A stretch of DNA of 63,915 bases, the filler included, from Aduncisulcus paluster (lineage: Eukaryota): assembly GCA_024181965.1 (NCBI GenBank). It is 10 parts of 10 records of this genome, joined end to end, with 100 filler letters (N's around TTAATTAATTAA, not from the genome) between each part and the next. Parts side by side here need not be neighbours in the genome. Positions count along the whole stretch, not along the records: positions 57,507 to 62,051 come from BQXS01010068.1; positions 62,152 to 63,915 come from BQXS01010182.1; 8 more parts are not named here. One strand, 5' to 3'. Below are positions 58,061-63,915 of the stretch, piece by piece. Position 1 is the first letter of the stretch; each line of letters starts with the position of its first letter. Position numbers and translations under genes: made by a program. A model generated the notes under the pieces. The model searched no databases and was not told the origin of the DNA. It saw only the letters and a list, made by a program, of their open reading frames with translations.

Positions 58061-61000
58061 ATGAGTTCATCCACAGATGCTATTATTCAAACTGTGAAAC
58101 CTGAGTTTGTTCACAAAGGGAATTACTTTTGTTGTCCAATTCCTGGAGATGCCCCCAATATTAAGAGTGCAGCAGTTCCAACTATCGAAGCAATTAATGG
58201 AACTGAGGAAGAAGGAGATCAAGACTACGATCAGAGTTCTTATGCACAAAGGATGATGAAAGGAGAGGGTCATTATGGACTCTTTACTCATATCTCCATT
58301 CCTTTCTCATCATCTTCCCCAATGAAAGGTGCTTATATCTGTCTATATAGCTATTCTGCACCTCCATCACACCTTATCTTCACTCTCACATCTTCAAAGG
58401 GTGAGAAAACATCCAAGAAATACGAGTTTCCTGGATTTAGAGGTCATCGTTGGTATTTCCTTCCTGTTGATCTCCCTGATGTTGTTCTGTGTGAGATTAC
58501 AGGGAAAATCGGAGAAAAAGAATATTTTAGAAGCCATTCTCTCGTTTTCATTTGTAGAGAAGAAACTCCTGAAGAAATCACATCTCGTGAAGCCAGAGAG
58601 AAACTATGGTCTGAAACTCCAGTTGTGAAACCAGAGTTTGTTAAGGAAGGAGGTAGAAAATCTATTCCCATTCCACGTGATGATACAAAGCTTGTAGATC
58701 CTTCGTTCTCAATGGTTAAGTGCAAGAATGACAGGTATAGTAAGGAATCTAAGGAGTATGATCAGAGTTCAAATGCACAAGAAATGTTAAAAGGGGAAGA
58801 TTATGCTCGTTTATCCCATCTTTCCATCCCTTTGCCATCACCTAGTCCTATGAAAGGTGCTTATATCTGCGTGGGTAATCGTTGGAGTTCTCCCTCTCTT
58901 CTCTTCACTTTCACTGATTGTGATGGTAAGAAGATAAACAAAAAGTATGAATTCACAAAACCTAAAGATGATTATGAATGGCACTTCCTTCCTATTGATT
59001 TGTATAATGTTGTATTGTGTGAGATTGAAGGGAAAGGAACGTGGGATGAGACGAATAGTCGATGTTTCCAGATTCCTTCCCTTGTTTTCATTAGTAGAGA
59101 AGAAACTTCTGAGGAAACCCAAGTCCGTGAAGCCAGAGAGAAACTATGGTCTGAAACTACAGTTGCAAAGGCAAACTTCCTTTGGGAAGAGAAAGTAGCT
59201 ATTATATCTGATCGTAGAGGAGATAGAAAATCTAAAGATAGAGATTCTATTCCCATTCCACGAGATGATCCAAAGCTTGTTAATCCTTCATTCTCAATGG
59301 TTAAGTGCAAGAATGATTCGTATTGTAAGGAATCTGAGAAGTATGATCAGAGTTCAGAAGCACAAGAAATGTTAAAAGGGGAAGGTGAAGAGGATTGTGT
59401 TGAATTATCCCATCTTTCCATTCCTTTCCCATCACCTAGTCCAATGAAAGGAGCTTATATCTGTGTTCGATGTTCTCACTTTCTTCTCTTCACTTTCACT
59501 GATTCTGTTGGCAAGAAAACATCCAAGAAGTATGAATTCACACAACCTAAGCATTGGTATGAATGGCACTTCCTTCCTATTGATTTGGATAATGTTGTAT
59601 TGTGTGAGATTGAAGGGAAAGGAGAGTGGAGGATGAACGGGGAAAGTTATAGTTTCTCGATTCTCTCTCTTAATAATCGATGCTTTTGTATTTCCGCCCT
59701 TGTTTTCTTCCGAAATTATTATATTGCCACCTCTCTGATTTCTCACCTTCCTTCCAGTTCCTACAAAACCCTTCCTCACATGTTATTCTCATGTGTCAAG
59801 CCAGAGTTTGTTCATAAAGGAAATTACTCTTGCTGTCCAATTCCTAGAGATGCCCCTAATATTAAGAGTGCAACATTTCCAACTATCAAAGCAATAGATG
59901 GAACCAAGGAAGAAGGTGATAAAAAGTACGATCAGAGTTCTTATGCACAAAAGATGATGAAAGGAGAGTATCATGAAGGAAACTTTACTCATATCTCCAT
60001 TCCTTTCTCTTCATATTCCCCAATGAAAGGGGCTTATTTCTGTCTAAGCAATTATCTTTCTATTGATTCACCTCCATCACACCTTATCTTCACTCTCACA
60101 TCTTCGAAGGGTGAGAAAACATCCAAGAAATACGAATTTCCTGAATTTAGAGGTTGGCATTGGTATTTCCTTCCTGTTGATCTCCCTGATGTTGTTCTGT
60201 GTGATATTACAGGGAAAGGAAGAAGGAAAGAGTATTTTGAAATCTTCTCCCTTGTTTTCACTAGAAAAGAAACACCTGAAGAAATCAAATCTCGTGAAGC
60301 CAGAGAGAAACTATGGTCTGAAGCTCCAGTTGTGAAACCAGAGTTTGTTAAGGAAGGAGATGAAGATTCTATTCCCATTCCACGTGATGATCCAAAGCTT
60401 GTAGATCCTTCGTTCTCAATGGTTAAGTGCAAGAATGACAGGTATAGTAAGGAATCTTGGAATTATGATCAGAGTTCAAATGCACAAAAAATGTTAAACG
60501 GGGAAGATTCTGTCCAATTATCCCATCTTTCTATCCCTTTCCCATCATCTAGTCCAATGAAAGGTGCTTATATCTGTGTGAATTATATGTATAGTTCTCC
60601 CTCTCTTCTCTTCACTTTCACTGATTGTGATGGTAAGAAGACATCCAAGAAGTATGAATTCACAAGACCTAAACATGATTGTGAATGGCACTTCCTTCCT
60701 ATTGATTTGCGTAATGTTGTATTGTGTGAGATTGAAGGGAAAGGAAAGTGGTTATGTGGAAAGAATGATAGAAGTTTCTCAATCTACTCCCTTGTTTTCC
60801 TTCGAGGTGATGATATTCCCACCTCTTCTCCTTCTCTTCCTTTTCCTCTTCCTCTTCCTTGCCGTGCCATTTCTCCATACACTGTTCCACTCGACTCTGT
60901 TACTCTCACTCCAACATCTCCTTCAACCATCACTCCTCAGTGCATCATTGGCAGTGGTGGGTTCGGAGATGTGATCTTGGCTCTTCTTGTGTCTCCGTCC

Positions 61001-62051
61001 TTCCCCACTCCTGCTGTGTTATGTGCTGTGAAATGCATGAAGAACGCGTGCACGCATGAAGAGAATGTGCGTTGTGTGGAGCGAATGAAGAAAGAATTCT
61101 CTCGTCAATGTAAGTTGTATTCCAAGGCGTCGTTACAAAGCTGTATCCCTCGTCCTCTGCATATCCTTGATCTTCTCGATGGTGATCTGAAGGGAACGTT
61201 CGGGATGGCGATGGAGTTCTGTCAAGGTGGGAATGTGATTGAGTTTGCCAAGAGCTGGGCTGTTGATCTCGACGAATGTGATCCTTGTGAAGATGATGAA
61301 GATGACCTTGTGTATGATCCTGTGAAGATCGCTGCTCTGTGTGTGGCTATCATCGAGTGTGTTGCTACCTTGTGTGTTGCGAAGAAGAAGCTTGTTCATC
61401 GCGACATTAAACCCGATAACTTCCTTGTTCGGTATGATGCTTTGAAGAAACAGTGTCATGTTCTTCTTGGAGACTTGGGCTTTGTTGAGATCCGTGACTC
61501 TATGTCTCGCAGTTCTTTCATTACCACAGATTCCTCTTCTTCTTCAACTTCTTCAACTTCTTCAAGTTCTTCAAGATCTTCTTCATCCTCCTCCGAAGAT
61601 CGTCCGTTTGTATTCAAGACATCGATCGTGGGCACTCTGTGTTACAATGCACCCGAGAGTCTTGCCAGTGGGTTTTACTGCCAACGCAGTGATGCATGGG
61701 GAGTTGTGCTGACAATATGGTCTCTCTTCAATGATATGAAGCAGCCTTTCATGACTCATCCCAAGGTGACAACAATTCCATATTCTGAGGATTATGACAA
61801 GAATCTTATTGATGTTTTAGGAGAGCTCACAAAGAACAAGAGTTGCCACCCACAGCTGACAGACAGTGAGATCTTCTGTTCCCTTGAGACGATTGAAGGT
61901 GGGAAATACAATGCCGTGTATCAAGTGTTTCTTGCCGTGTTCGATGGTCTGTTGAACCCTGACCGTCTGAAACGAATGACGATCCACCAAGCCCGCTCTC
62001 TGACGAATGATATCAAATATTTACTGCCGCGTCTTGGAGAAGGGTGGGAAT
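58061..62051 (+). CDS. Ser/Thr protein kinase preceded by five tandem ~170-190 aa repeats (A-B-B-A-B), 3'-partial
   Basis: Repeats start at about 58094, 58622, 59162, 59795 and 60329. Kinase from about 60944: IGSGGFG, AVK, HRDIKPDN, DLG, GTLCYNAPE, SDAWG. No signal peptide or TM segment seen. Confidence 0.93.
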
Positions 62052-62151
62052 NNNNNNNNNNNNNNNNNNNNNNNNNNNNNNNNNNNNNNNNNNNNTTAAT
62101 TAATTAANNNNNNNNNNNNNNNNNNNNNNNNNNNNNNNNNNNNNNNNNNNN

Positions 62152-62258
62152 CTCTTAATATTGGGGGCATCTCTAGGAATTGGACAACAAGAGTATTCTC
62201 CTTCATGAACAAACTCAGGTTCTACAGTTTGAATAACAGCATCTGTGGATGAACTCAT
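62152..62258 (-). CDS. 5' end of a paralog of the 58061 repeat-domain gene (not in ORF track), truncated by contig edge
   Basis: Reverse strand reads MSSSTDAVIQTVEPEFVHEGEYSCCPIPRDAPNIK versus MSSSTDAIIQTVKPEFVHKGNYFCCPIPGDAPNIK. Confidence 0.9.
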
Positions 62259-63299
62259 TTGAATAGAGATAGAATTTCTTATCTAAAAAATAATAAAAAC
62301 AAGCAGAATAATGAATGAATCCGGTTAAAATATTTCTTAATATACATTTAATAAAAGATATGACATATAGTAAACATACAATTTGCTTGTACGACGAGAA
62401 AAAATGGAGGACTGAACAAGCAACCCTTCAATAGATAAGATTGGAAAATTTATAAAACACATATAAACGAGTTAAATGCTGGTAAATGATAAAAACATGT
62501 TTTATTTTCATTTCCATGCCATGGTGTTTATTCTCGATATCTCAGGCTTTTGGAGAACCCTCAGGACTGGATATAGTTCCATTTCACGTGTTAAGAACAT
62601 TTATGAACGATTTCAATGCTATTCAATAACATGGATATATTTCCATTTCATTTCTATCCTTATCCTTGCCTTTCTGTTCATTTTCACTTGCTTTTGCTTA
62701 CAATCAAAAATATCAAGAACTCGAAATATGATGGTATACATGTGTCTGTATACTGCTACGAATCTAATCCCCTGATGCTTCATGGAAGAGTGACATTTCA
62801 TTCCACCCAACTCCAACTCCAACTCCAATGCCAGATCCTGATCATCTGATACATCCGAGACTGTGATTTGTGATCTGTGTTCCTATTCTTTGGAATGGGG
62901 TGCCATCTATCATATGCCATTTTTTCAAAGCTCTACCATAAAATCCATGCCTGGAAGCCCGAGTGGAAATATCTTGACCGTCCCCCTGGTTGATAAACTC
63001 CTTGAGGGTTCCGATACATTTAATACTGAGCTTTGGATTAGTTCACTGCTCTGTGCTCCTTGTTTTTGGAATGTGGGACATCTATCCTATGTCAAAGCTC
63101 TACTATAAAGAAATAGTAACTCATACCCCAAAGATGAACTATCAGTACATCCTTGAACCACAACCAACCTACAACCAACACCAACCAACCTACAACCAAC
63201 CCCTCAGCGTGTCATATTGATTGAATCACGTGTGACTGGAATGAATGTTGCTGAGGGTCAGCGTTCCCCTGGTTGATAAACTGATTGAGGGTCAGCGTT

Positions 63300-63915
63300 C
63301 CCTCGTCCATGCCAAGAGGGGAGTTCCTAGACTCGACGAAGAAGTTTGTGGAAGTCTGCCCATGAAGCCCGTCATGTCGCCCTCTTCCTTGTCGGTGAAT
63401 CTCTTTTATACCCTCAAATCAATGAACTGATCCTCGAGCTACACCGCAGAAAGTTGATCACATTCCTCGTTTCGAACTCCCAGCTCCCCGAGAAACTCAA
63501 GACCATGCCCCCCCTGTCACCCAGTTGTATCTCTCTGTTGACGCTGCTAATCCGGACACATTAGCCGAAATCGACCGTCCCTATGTCGGCAAAACTGACG
63601 CCTGGCGCCGATTGAACGAGAGTTCTGTCCATTTTATCCACCCGTCAAGAGAGGACAGCCATCCGAATCACTGTCATTAAGAAACTGAATTGCCGTCGTG
63701 AAGACATTCCTGGGTATGTCAAACTCATTCGTTTGGGACCTCCATGCTTCATTGAGCTGAAAGCCTTCTCGTTTGTTGGTGGAACAAGACATCGTCATGC
63801 TTTCTTTCTTTCTTCTCTCTTGCCAACGTTTACTCCAGCCAGACCAGTGTGTTGAGTATGCAAGGTGGCTTGAGGCTGCCCTTGAAGGTGATTACAGGGG
63901 CTGTCAGTGTCCACC
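63300..63915 (+). pseudogene. TYW1: Frameshifted fragment of TYW1/Taw1 (radical SAM tRNA 4-demethylwyosine synthase)
   Basis: Consecutive segments in changing frames: HVALFLVGESLLYPQINELILELHRRKLITFLVSN / VTQLYLSVDAANPDTLAEIDRP / RTAIRITVIKKLN...PCFIELKAFSFVG / VEYARWLEAALEGDYRAVSVH. No CxxxCxxC motif seen upstream. Confidence 0.85.

Overview
This is AT-rich, gene-dense, intron-poor eukaryotic DNA from a draft protist assembly. Gene content (succinyl-CoA synthetase beta with a short hydrogenosome-type presequence, an expanded repeat-domain kinase family) suggests an anaerobic metamonad, probably a free-living fornicate such as Aduncisulcus; this is an inference, not checked. The window is not contiguous. 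Nine 100-bp linkers (N44-TTAATTAATTAA-N44) join ten pieces, and five 20-N gaps are each flanked by a 257-326 bp duplicated overlap that splits or duplicates gene segments. Housekeeping genes: CCDC25 and RPS26 (one GT-AG intron each), SCS-beta, 2-Cys peroxiredoxin, an RRM protein, a Ulp1/SENP protease, an RNase PH-like exosome subunit, SCOC-like, Vps39-like, a USP7/47-like C-terminus, tRNA-Arg(ACG) and a frameshifted TYW1. A DNA-transposon cluster at 11.6-18 kb holds an intact-looking CMC/EnSpm transposase plus Harbinger-like, hAT-like and IS630/Tc1 fragments. The top findings are: (1) a Fanzor/TnpB RNA-guided nuclease C-terminus at 17723-17962 that the ORF track missed; (2) a cytosolic kinase with five tandem DOC/APC10-like beta-sandwich repeats showing a near-constant framework and hypervariable loops, with a related domain also fused to Rab-like GTPases; (3) a Ulp1 protease whose catalytic triad is split by about 730 extra residues.
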